A DNA stretch of 56,632 nt, the filler included, from Dugesia japonica (lineage: Eukaryota): the NCBI GenBank assembly GCA_001938525.1. It is 5 parts of 5 records of this genome, joined end to end, with 100 filler letters (N's around TTAATTAATTAA, not from the genome) between each part and the next. Parts side by side here need not be neighbours in the genome. Positions count along the whole stretch, not along the records: positions 21,655 to 35,212 come from MQRL01532353.1; positions 35,313 to 47,432 come from MQRL01588370.1; 3 more parts are not named here. The stretch is one strand, 5' to 3'. Below, piece by piece: positions 24,494 to 35,540 of the stretch. Under the pieces are notes generated by a model that worked only from the letters and a program-made list of their open reading frames with translations, was not told the DNA's origin and made no database searches. The stretch's first letter is position 1; every line of letters starts with the position of its first letter. A program made the translations under genes and the position numbers.

Positions 24494-24824
24494 AGATTTC
24501 ATAGATACGGTAACCTTTAATACACATTAAGCAATAAGTTTCCGCGCACCATTTCCCTAAGTTACCGCGCAAAATCAAAAATACATATTTCGATCGGTTG
24601 CCATAGAAACGATCGTGATCACAGTTGCGCGACCGTTGCGATCAAAATCAACCTCCAGAACGTTGACAAAGATTTGTAGACCATAAGGAAGACTATTTTT
24701 TAACATTTTANAGACAAATGACGACTAATATTTTTTTGATATTTCTCGATTTACATGTTGTCTTTATTGGTTAAATAAAATGTTATTTTCTATCGGACAA
24801 ATCTCTCGTTCCAATCTTATATTA

Positions 24825-25213
24825 CTAGGTTGGCAAGAAAGTAATGTCATTTTTTTCCAGCATTATAAATGGACTGGTTTTTAATTCAGATGTTAACAAC
24901 GTCAAAAATCGCATATTGTTACTTTAAATTAATGTTTCCTAAAGTTTTTGTTCATAATACCCTATTTTATTAATAAATTTACACAATTATTTCTCTCTTA
25001 CATTACAAAGCAATATGAAAATACATATTTATAAATGTTTATTACTAAACTGGCGGTTGCATATTAAGATTCTGACTTATTCTCATTTTACATTAGGAAC
25101 CTTCTAAATATTCAAATTTTATTGAACTACTCTTGACATTTGTCGCATGGAAAATAGAAATTTGATTAATAAATTTTAGTTTATAATACGACATTACTTT
25201 CTTGTTAACCTAA
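24825..25213. mobile_element. Mariner-derived MITE, 389 bp
   Basis: TIRs CTAGGTTGGCAAGAAAGTAATGTC and GACATTACTTTCTTGTTAACCTAA, each flanked by TA. Confidence 0.9.
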
Positions 25214-25237
25214 TATTAAATAATATGGTTTAAATTT

Positions 25238-25975
25238 CTATTTACTAATTTCTTTTGATAATTTCTAAAATAAAACAGTAATAATAGAACAATTAAATTA
25301 ATGAAATTATAAATTTGTATTAATTACAGCAGTAACTGCGTCTTCACCAGCACCTGGAACATTATCTTGATAAATCGTTTGAATGAGAAATTTATCTTTT
25401 CTTATTTCGTCAGATTCCACTCCTTTTTCTTTTATTTTTACTTAAAAATTCAAAAATATAAGTAACAGTATTGTAGAGAAAAATACCACTTTACATATTA
25501 ATTCAATAGTTGTACTTTCATCCAATAAACCCAAAGCTGGGCTAACACAATATCTGAATGGTTTAGTTGTTTTTACTTTAAAGAATATAGGTTTTCCTGA
25601 TGGATTACTTATCATCAAGCTTGCCATCGCTTTTCCTCTAAAAACATCACCTAATAAAGTTAATTTTAAATTAAAATGCTATTTCAAAGTTATAATAAAA
25701 TAAATAAAATTTATTAATTATAATTAATATTTTAAAGAATATATAAGAAAAATAAATATTGCAAAAATAATTAACAGAATTGTTATCACATTATGTTAAT
25801 ATACTGTATATAATAAATACCTATTTAGTTGGGGAAATATTTGAAATAGTAAAATGTAATAATTCATTATTATTTAGATTTTATTTTGTAAAATTTATAT
25901 ATTTAGTAGTTAATTACCATTAAAAATTATGGTTTCGGAAGGATCAAGAATTACTATTTGATTTGTTTCGCCCAT
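25238..25975 (-). CDS. VAP-family MSP-domain protein; exons 25975-25918, 25650-25495, 25440-25328 and a probable 25264-25238; 117 aa as spliced
   Basis: MGETNQIVILDPSETIIFNG|DVFRGKAMASLMISNPSGKPIFFKVKTTKPFRYCVSPALGLLDESTTIELI|LKIKEKGVESDEIRKDKFLIQTIYQDNVPGAGEDAVTA|KLSKEISK*. VAP signature FKVKTTxPxRYCVxP and KDKFLIQ. GT-AG introns in phases 1, 1, 0 with a 58-nt first exon, as I recall for animal VAP genes. Exon 4 is less certain. Confidence 0.85.
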
Positions 25976-26338
25976 TTAATAATACAATGAATGTTTATTT
26001 CATTTATTGTGATGCATTATAACAAAGAATTATTATACTTAGGTACAGCTTTATTGTAAATGTTTTTCTATATTTTATAACCATATTACAATTATTTATT
26101 TCAAATTTCATTTTGAAATTTGTGATAATTTTGTTACTTTAATTAATAATTATTTTAGAGAAATAATAATATACAGGTAGAGATTAATATCTAAATTTCC
26201 AAGTCGTTTGACCAAGAATGTATACATTTATTTTACAAATACAATTATTGTGGGAATAATTGTTAGAATTAACAATTGATCGAATTTAAGACTTCATTCA
26301 ATTGATAGCTTTGATTGAAATGTTGTTTTATTTATAGT

Positions 26339-26375
26339 TATCCGAATTTTCGACTTTTGTTTTCTTCAGGAATTT
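26339..26375 (-). ncRNA. Degenerate minimal hammerhead motif
   Basis: Minus strand aaattc CTGAAGA a aac-aaaa-gtc GAAA attc ggat; the closing pair of stem II is mutated. Confidence 0.55.
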
Positions 26376-26491
26376 AACTTTTTGATTAATTTAACCAATT
26401 TTAGAAAAAATTTACAATATATTTGTCATTTTATTGAAATTTTTATGGACAATTTTGAGGTAATTTAATTTTTATTTTAAGAATTGAAAGT

Positions 26492-26528
26492 CAATTCCTG
26501 ACGAAGACAAAGTCGAAATATTGAATTG
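26492..26528 (+). ncRNA. Minimal type I hammerhead ribozyme motif
   Basis: Stem I CAATTC/GAATTG, core CTGACGA, stem II GAC-AAA-GTC, GAAA, loopless palindromic stem III (ATAT), cleavage triplet AUU. Confidence 0.8.
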
Positions 26529-28014
26529 TTATCAAAAACCAAAAAAAAACAAAATGTTGATCGAAACTTTTATTTTAAATGAATTCTGTAAAACGATCAA
26601 TGGTTACGTCCAACAATTATTCTCGCAGTAATTGCAATTGTAAAATAGTTTATTTCTGCCTGTGAAGTGTAGAACGGATGTCGGTAAAATAACATACACA
26701 TCATGTAAGGATACATATATAGGCGAAACATAAAAAACCATCCGAACAAGAATTAAAGAACATCTCAAACAGAAAGAAAGTGAAGTCTTCAAACAATTTC
26801 AACACAAACATAAACTTTACATGAAAAAATATGAATAAATTCTGATCATAAGACGATAAACATAAAACCAATGTAGTTTATATTAATTACAATAATTAAA
26901 ATTAACTTAAATAAATTAAATCAAAATGAATTACTCAAAATTATTCAATAAAATTTCAATAAAAGGAAAAATATTTTGTAAATTTTTCAAATATAGGTCA
27001 AATCAATCAGAACAATAAATATTTTTTCTTTTGAAAGTATTGATATTTTTGTGCCGCTTAAATTCCTAAAGTTGGAATAGTAATTCACATTATTATTTAG
27101 TATATTTTGATTGTTGTCTCATAATTATTGTTTAAATATTCCCTCTGCAAAAATAAATTTAAAATAATTTTAAAATAATTTATTAACATTTAGAAACATT
27201 AAAACAAATATTTAGATGTATAAAAAATTTAAATAATTTAACTCTATATTTTAAAAATGAAAATAAATTAAATAAAGAAATTCAAACGCTAGAAATAATA
27301 TTTCACAGCCAGAAACAGCTAGCTGATATTTTATTAATAAAATTTAGATTTTTGAAGTATTATTTTAAAAAAAAAAATTTTCTGTGTATTTCGATTTGGA
27401 CATAAATATAAAATCATAAATCATCCTCAATTTAATCCAATTTAAAATTTTAATTTATAAGATCAATTCTGGGTTCCTGAATATTTATTCTATATTATTA
27501 ACAGGATTTAATATAAATGTTGGAGTTAATATGAATAAACATAAATTTATTAATTACTCTGAATCCAAAATCTTGTGTACGATTAATTAACTAAGTTCTA
27601 ACGATATATTAAATTTTATTCAATAAATATCCAGGATACAAAAAATCATAAATGAATCCAAATTAGATAATAATCATCCCTTTTCTCCTTTGTACCCGAT
27701 TGATGAAAACTCAATCGACAGATTTCTGTTGCCGATTCGAAATCAAAATTCAACTCGACTACAAATTCTTAAGTTCACTTTTATCACTTTTATTCTGTTA
27801 CCAAACTTTACTTTTTATTTTCTTTTTCACTTTTTCAAGGTTTACATTTCACTTTTAGCAACTCAAATTTGTTTAATTGAATATCTTTAAAATCGCTTTT
27901 TATCTTTTCAATTGAAAATAAATTTTACTTATTAAATTTGTTTTTCAAAATATTTGTATCTTTAAAATGTCTTTAAAAAAATCCTCCTTTAAATCCTCCA
28001 ATTAAATTCTCTTT

Positions 28015-28878
28015 TTCTCGACTGAATAAATTTCTCCAGGACGATTTTCGTCATACGATCAGAGAATCGGTAGTAAGAAACGGTTGTGAACTACTTTCAC
28101 TTAATAGAAATGTCTCAAAAACTCGGTGCTCGGGTTCCCACACATTGAATGAAAAGAACAAAAATCAGCGCATCACGATTGCTGCCAATTTTCTTCCTCT
28201 AAATTGCTCAATTCATTGTGACAAACACCGTTTTCTTTACAGAATTATAACTATCGAGTAAAAATGGTGACTTTATGTCAATTTGAAACGCCGTAAACCA
28301 TGATTTAGCCAAAACTAACAAGCTATTCTTTAATCAAAACAAAAAATTCATCCTCGAAAAATCATGTTGTTCGTATGGTGGGATTGGGAAAGCATAGTTC
28401 ATTACGAACTGCTTCGGCGCAACAAAACAATAAATACCAACCTCTGTGTTCAACAACTGTANNNNNNNNNNNNNNNNNNNNNNNNNNNNNNNNNNNNNNN
28501 NNNNNNNNNNNNNNNNNNNNNNNNNNNNNNNNNNNNNACGTGATCAAAATTGTCAAATTCACTATTGAAGAACTTGGATAGAAGGTACTATTTTATCTTC
28601 CACACTCTTTAGACTTAGCACCATCAGATTTCCATCTCTTTTGATTGCCTTCAAATGCATTTTGTGGTGTATGATTCAATAATGATGCTGAATTACGTGC
28701 AAGGTTGATCGATATTTTTGAGTCAAAACCAAGATATTTGTATCATCGAGGCATCGAAAAACTTATTGAATGATGGGACAAAGTTATGACCAACAACAGC
28801 GAGTATATTATTAATTAATTTATTGTATTTCTTCGTTCAAAATAAATTGTAAAAAAACTCTAGTTTACTCAACCCAAT
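28015..28878 (+). mobile_element. Decayed mariner transposase and 3' TIR
   Basis: KLGARVP(H), RFLYRIITIE*KW, HPRKIMLFVWWDWESIVHYELL, PHSLDLAPSDFHLF, YHRGIEKLIE*WDKVMTNNSEYIIN*, then ttactcaacccaat. Confidence 0.93.
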
Positions 28879-29672
28879 GATAATTTCAAATTATGGTATA
28901 AACTGGAATGTTGAATCATAACCGTCTTGGTAAGCTATGTAAAATACTAATTAAAATATGTAAAAAAATTTGAGATACAATGAGGTGGTTCAACGAAGTT
29001 TACACAAGCCGTGAATATCCGGATGAAATAATATGCATTATCGAATGTATGCATGGCCAGTAAGAAAATATATGTGATGGCTAGTTATCAATATCAATAT
29101 CAATAGTTATCAATATCATATAAAGATCATGGTCAAGAAACTCAGACAAAAAATGGTAGGTGCGTACTTGGTAAAGATGGGGGTCACTGACCAGTTCTTA
29201 AAGATTATGCACCCGGAAACTTAACTCAATTATTATGGGTCATAAATAAAATGCCTAGTTCAACTGAGAGATATAGTCCCAAAAACAGACAAATTTAACG
29301 ATAATCAACTGTGAAATGTTCTTTAAAATTCATGGAACTAATTTTTTCAAATTAGTTTTTCTATTCCAGTAACTAAGACACTTTTTAAAGCTTACTGAGA
29401 TCAATGCAGGCAAGTTTTATGATGTTGCTAGTTTTTATTTTCTTTGGTTTAGACTGTCAACAATGCTCATTGATTTTAATTTAATTGTTTAATATGAACT
29501 ACTAACTTTATTTCACATTTCGAAATAGTTATTTGATGTACAAAATAAGTATCGCATTAATTTGTGATATTGATTTAGATATTAATATTATATGTANNNN
29601 NNNNNNNNNNNNNNNNNNNNNNNNNNNNNNNNNNNNNNNNNNNNNNNNNNNNNNNNNNNNNNNNNNNNNNNN

Positions 29673-30161
29673 ATCCGCAATCTTATCGGTATCACGAACC
29701 TCTTACAGTGTGGCCTCTGTTTTGAGAACCTCTTAAAATAAAATAGAAAAATATAAACCTACTCTTTTTCTCAAAAACTTTCATATAAAAATATGCAAGT
29801 TGCTCTTATCAACTGTTTTCTATATCATCATACCAATGGCATCAAAAAAAATTGATTAAAGTCATCTGAGCTCAGTTTGGTTAGGAAATAATAGATTCCT
29901 ATTAAAAATTAAAATTATACACATTAAATTTACCTCTTTTCAACATATTCTAAATTTATCTTCAATTTTAATCTCAAAATACAAGCTAAACTAATAATAA
30001 AGAAAAATATTAAACAAAATATTCATACTACGAAGCTGATTATGTGGAAAATTTGACTACAGAGAGGTAAACTATAATGGAAAAGTTTGGGATTATAAAT
30101 TTTGTTGTTTATAAGGAAGGAGGGATTATACAGAGGGTGACATTAGAGAGATTCGACTGTA
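29673..30161. mobile_element. Probable Tigger/pogo-type MITE, right end only
   Basis: Ends in ttagagagattcgaCTG-TA, a typical pogo/Tigger TIR; the left TIR is not seen and may be in the gap. Confidence 0.45.
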
Positions 30162-30826
30162 TAATTATAATTGATATAGCGGCTTTGTATTAATTGAGTA
30201 GAATCTACATTAAAAAATTATAAAAATCAGTAACAATTAAAATGAGATGAACACTTTGAAACATATAATAATTATACTTAATGTTAGTATTTTTTTGTAT
30301 TCTTCTATCAGATCGTTTAGACAAATCTTTCAAAGTAATACCTTCATGTAACTTACACTATATTTTTTCATGTGTTTTTATACCATTTTACAGCTCGTAT
30401 GCCGATTACAAAACAGCAGTTTTCTTAGCAACTTTCACAAAAATGTAGATTTTTTCCTACAAACCTTGTAGACTGTACTATCAAAAAAATGAATCTTTTT
30501 GCCATGAAATAATATGTAGCCTGTATAATTCATTTTAAATTGAAAAAATACATTATTGAAATTAGAATAAAACAAAAAAAAAGAATTTACAATTAAAGTC
30601 AAGTAAAATATAATACAGGCGAAAAACAATAGAAAATTGTCACAATTCGTACTAGTAAAATAAAATGAACTCGTTAATTATCGATCATCGTGCTTTAATC
30701 TGTCTCTTTGTTTTAAGGTTTGATCTGCTTGGATCTGAAAGTTTGTGTATTGTTTCATGTTGTGCGTGTTTAATTTATTTTTTGTGTATTAATGTATCTT
30801 TGTTTACTAATATCTATATTCTAAAT

Positions 30827-31079
30827 CACGGATCTGTAACATTTTGCGAACTATGTGCCTACACAGGGTTCCAAATCATTCTGCGTGCCAACAGTATAGG
30901 TATTATTAAACAAGTCGAATCAATGATTCTACAATATGGCTCTTTTATGGTTCTGAATTTTGTTTCAAATATAATCAGATCATGGATATTTAAATATTAA
31001 CACATAGAGCTTTTGTCTATCATTTAAAATTGCTTGGTGTACCAAGATTAGAACGCATGCTGTAGGTTGTCGACCCCTC
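30827..31079. mobile_element. hAT (Charlie/SPIN-type) MITE, 253 bp
   Basis: Perfect 8-bp TSD TTCTAAAT; degenerate TIRs related to CAGGGGTCGGCAACCT. Confidence 0.85.
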
Positions 31080-31099
31080 TTCTAAATTCTTGTATGTGT

Positions 31100-31420
31100 G
31101 AAAGGATTAAACAAAAAGTATGATTGTCAACATTAGTAATTCAGAAAATATTTTCATCTAATTGTAGAGTGATTCGATATTTTAAATAATTGATTTTTCA
31201 TATCATTCTGAATTGCTGCAAAAATCATTTAATATTATTTATGTTAAATTAACGATTTATTTTGGATAGTCTAATTATTGTTACTTTTCTTTGAACTTCA
31301 TTAACCAAATTATGAAACATTCTCAGAGTATCAACTATGATTTGCTTTTAAAAATTGTATTTCCATTTTTTTTCAGTTGAAATATTTCCATCACATGCAT
31401 CAGTATGCATCCCACAAAGC
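31100..31420 (-). mobile_element. Buster/Charlie (ZBED5-like) hAT transposase remnant
   Basis: IIRLSKNKS..IQNDMKNQLFK..ITLQLDEN..ITN resembles IPLSNNTV..DI..QL..FSLQLDESTD. Confidence 0.5.
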
Positions 31421-31789
31421 GATTAATTAACGTTATTCTGAAACCTAAGATCAATGTGGTTTTCAATAATTATAATAATTAAAATTTGAAAAAAAATGTT
31501 AGAAAAATGAAATCAAAAAATTTTAATGTTTAAATACAATTTTAAAAAGCAATATAATTTAAATGTATCGTTTTTAATTTTTAATTATAACATGAATAAA
31601 ACATTAAATATATAAAATAAAAGATAATATAATATTCTATATTAATTAAAATAAATTGAATAAAATTTTTTTATAATAATTATAATGGAAAAAAAATTTA
31701 AATATAAAAATATTTTTAGAAAAAATAACAAAATACAACTAATAATTAAACATTTAAGAGATTTTTTCAATTTAAGATTAAATTTAAAA

Positions 31790-32050
31790 TAAAATTTATA
31801 ATTTAAATAAACCAATAATATTCTAATTAAATATAAACAATTTTGTAAAAATCTTCTATTATTGTTTAAATCTCTCAAAAAGTCATCATATTCCTGAAGA
31901 AGACAATTGTCGAAAATTTTAATATCTATAAAACAACAATTTAATTTGATCGAAGCTATTTACTTTATTTTAATGAAATCTCAAATGCAATCAATAGTTA
32001 AGTCCAAAAATTATTCTCGCAATAATTGTAATTATAAAATTCTTAAATGT
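31790..32050 (+). mobile_element. Solo PLE 3' end (family A) with hammerhead motif at 31888-31925
   Basis: atattc CTGAAGA a GAC-aatt-GTC GAAA attt taatat, and the downstream caa(a/c)aattattctcgca(a/g)taattg is shared with 26480-26645. Confidence 0.78.
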
Positions 32051-32715
32051 ATTTATTATTAGTAAAAGTATTTCAAGAGTAAATTTTGCAAAAATATACA
32101 AATTATATAATACAATAAAATATATTTATAATATATGTATTTGTTAAGCTATCAACTCTTTTGTAAAAGAATTCAATTATAAAATCATTGATGTATGAAG
32201 TAATAATGTTCAATAATAAGCGTTGCTCAGCAACATGTTAACTCATTTTGGAAACTTTTAACACACAAAATCTTTTGAATAAAAACAATTGTTAATATGC
32301 AAATAAAAACATTGGTAAAAACACTGTTGATCTTTGGAATTTTTTTTAATAAATTCTGCTGATCTAGAGAATTAAATTAAATAAAATTTAATTATATACA
32401 GTTATTTAATTTCAATAAAACCCGTAAATAAATTTTTATTGGATTCGAAAGAATTAAACAGCGTATTTTTTGTTTAATGCAAAATTTTATTAGAGTCATA
32501 ATATATTTTATGTTGCCTTAAGTAGAAATTATTTTATTATTAATTAATAAAAAAAGTAATTAATTTTCTCAAATCATATTATTATTTAAAAATACTAATG
32601 AATACAAAGTGCAATGTTAATTGAATAATTATTTGAAAATGTATTTAATTAAAGTAAGTATCATATAATTTTAACTAAACACTTTAGATTATATCAAATA
32701 ATTTAATATTACATT

Positions 32716-33090
32716 AATACAATCGATACAATATTAATATAATCGATATAATATCAGTAAAATACAATATTAATACAATATAATACGATATAATATAATA
32801 CAATACTAATACAATCAATACAATTATAATACAATTGATACAATATTAATACAATCGATATAATATTAATTCAATACTAATACAATCAAGACAATAATAA
32901 TAAAATCGACACAATATTAATACAATCGATATAATATCAGTAAAATACAATATTAATACAATCGATATAATATCAGTAAAATACAATATTAATACAATCA
33001 ATATAATGATTATACAATACTAATACAATCAATACAATAATAATGCAATTGATACAATATGAGTATAAATAATAGAACATGAATACAATA
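32716..33090. repeat. AT-rich minisatellite, about 20-bp unit AATACAATCGATAYAATATT
   Basis: Many diverged tandem copies, with a longer sub-unit containing AATATCAGTAAAATAC three times. Confidence 0.88.
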
Positions 33091-33959
33091 AAACACCAGC
33101 GGAGGCTCTTCTGTTTAACAATGCTTTTTTCGATTTCTAAATTTCCATTAATTTACTCGAGGATCTTCTGGTTTTCTCTATTTCCAATTGAAGAGAATAT
33201 GAGTTTAATTTCATTGAGAAAAAACAGGTTTTCTCATTATATTTGAAATATTTTTCAACAATTATTTAAACAATTAATTTCCTAAAATCTTTATCAATCA
33301 AAAAATCGACAATTTTCAATCATTTTTTCTAAATTAAAAATATGATTTACAAACATTTTAATTAAAAAGAAAAATTTATCGTTGAATAATCCTGAAAATT
33401 CCAAAGTTTAGGGGCCGTAAGATAATTTTTAAATCTTTATTTTACGACCCAAAACTTTTGATTTTCATGATTTTGAATCAATGCTACTATTCATCTATAT
33501 TTAATTGAACTAATTTCAATAACTGAGATCATATAAGTTATCAAATGATTTATACTATTCAATAAAAGTATATTTAGAAGTATCGTCATTGTGATTGCCA
33601 TATATAGTGTTACACACTTATCAGACCATTATAATTGTTCCCGGCAAGCTTTTAACGTAATTAATTTCAGATATTATTGAATAACTTTTTTAATTAATTG
33701 TCATATTAATTATACAGAAAAATTTATATTAATTTTTATGTAAAAAATATATAGTATTTAATTAATATGATTATTTGTTGACTTATCAGAATAATTGTAT
33801 ATTAGATTTCTAATGTAGTTAGAAATATTGATTTGCAAACCAAATATAATATTTTTAAAATAATTGAAAAACAAATTATTCATTTTAGAATTATAATTAA
33901 AATAAATTAAGAATTTTCTAATACTTTTTTTAAAGAATAACTTGACTAAGGAAATAATA

Positions 33960-34860
33960 ATAATGAATAGGTAGAGGAGAAATTAAATGAAAAGAAAGTA
34001 GTGAGGAAAAAAGAAATCATAAAAGCATAGTTAGTCTAAGGGTCGTTGATAGAAGGCAGGGCATAAAGCAGCTGGAATAACTAGACAAAATCATTGATAA
34101 AAACGAGTAACAAAGCCCAATATCGGAAATAGAGAAGAAATAACTAGGAAATAGAAAAAACAGAAGTAAAACCACAGAGAAAGGAACCAATCGATTAAGA
34201 AACAAAGGAGCTGCAAAATAGCACATGTATAAAATGATTCATTAAGAAGAATAAAAATTCCAAAATAAATTAATAAATAACAAAATAAGAAGTAAATAAA
34301 ATGAATTACTTACGGGATGGAACGCTCAAAATAAATTGATATTTAGCCTTGAAATAAGAAAAGTGGGTAATCAATTAAGATGTTAATTGAAACGAAAATA
34401 CAATAAATAACTAATTTATGGGGAGAAAATAAATCAGTTAGAATAAAATGATTTATTTGAAAAATAAAATTAATTCACAATAAAATGAAAACTGAAGAAA
34501 ACGAAGGCTTCCCATTAAGGAATAATCAGCAAACAAGAAAATTATGGCCAGAAAACATTAGTAGACTTTGAGCATCTTAATTTGATAGAAGAAGAAAGTT
34601 ACAAAGGTTTTAAAAGACAGCCAATCGAAATCCATTGACTTTGGAATTCCAAAAAATTAACCAATAGAAGGAAGTGGCACGATATGGTGTGATAATTTCA
34701 GCGAACAAGAGTTATGAAAACATTGTACGATGTTATCGAGTCAATAAGAAGATTCAGACTTATAAGAAAATGGGTATAAATATCGATGTAGATTTCTTTA
34801 AAATCATCTGGAAAAATTCACGTTTGAGTTTAACAAGTTAGAGGTGTCTTCTTAAAAAAC
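33960..34860 (+). mobile_element. Possible very decayed LTR retrotransposon (protease to RT start)
   Basis: Purine-rich strand; GNQLRC and WCDNF-like fragments only. Weak. Confidence 0.25.
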
Positions 34861-35212
34861 AATATTAAANNNNNNNNNNNNNNNNNNNNNNNNNNNNNNN
34901 NNNNNNNNNNNNNNNNNNNNNNNNNNNNNNNNNNNNNNNNNNNNNATGTTTCTATGCTACCTGTTCCAGACAGTTATCATTGCTCACATGAGTAATTCCA
35001 TAACCTATAATAAATCGAGAACTCTAAAGCTTGTAGTAATCAATTCTAATAAAATTTCTAAGTAATGATTTAAGATTTATTCTTTGATTAATAATAATAA
35101 TGGAAGATTAAAAGTAATCCTTTCAAAAGTAATCAACAATAAATAAGTATTCATAATAACTATTGAATTCGTTAATAGCAATATTGATAATGGTAATTGT
35201 AGTACTAATGAT

Positions 35213-35312
35213 NNNNNNNNNNNNNNNNNNNNNNNNNNNNNNNNNNNNNNNNNNNNTTAATTAATTAANNNNNNNNNNNNNNNNNNNNNNNNNNNNNNNN
35301 NNNNNNNNNNNN
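35213..35312. other. Artificial contig linker
   Basis: 44 N + TTAATTAATTAA + 44 N. Confidence 0.97.
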
Positions 35313-35421
35313 AAAAAGATTGCCTTAATACTAATAATATAAATTTTATTTAATACTACTATATTTTAATGATTATATAACTTGAAGGGTAACAAAAACC
35401 CGGAAATTTTTCAAAACTCGG

Positions 35422-35540
35422 TTTTGTGTTACAAATTATTTTGCATTTTAACAATACAATAATCAGTAAGATTTGAATTACAAAAGTTTATTTAATATTA
35501 CAAATAGTTGATTCAAACAAATGATATTTGTGACGTAACA
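35422..35540 (-). repeat. 3' LTR, about 119 bp
   Basis: Direct repeat of 39983-40100; by-eye alignment gives about 11 substitutions and 1 indel. Confidence 0.93.

Larger units (their letters stand above)
26200..27010. mobile_element. PLE insertion (family A): inverted 3' end, direct 3' end, then GIY-YIG fragment and 3' UTR
   Basis: 26200-26470 is a minus copy and 26480-26645 a plus copy of the same repeat. 26670-26820 encodes SCKDTYIGET*KTIRTRIKEHLKQKESEVFK. 26930-27010 matches the sequence upstream of the hammerhead in the minus copy. Confidence 0.85.

Noticed and set aside
27380-27690. Possible solo LTR after a PPT-like AAAGGAGAAAAGGGA on the minus strand
   Set aside because: No second LTR, TSD or clear pol motif to support it.
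30665-31000. 111-aa hydrophobic ORF
   Set aside because: It runs across a hAT MITE boundary with a perfect TSD; chance open frame.
32716-33090. CRISPR-like array
   Set aside because: Contiguous degenerate tandem units with no unique spacers, no cas genes, eukaryotic context.
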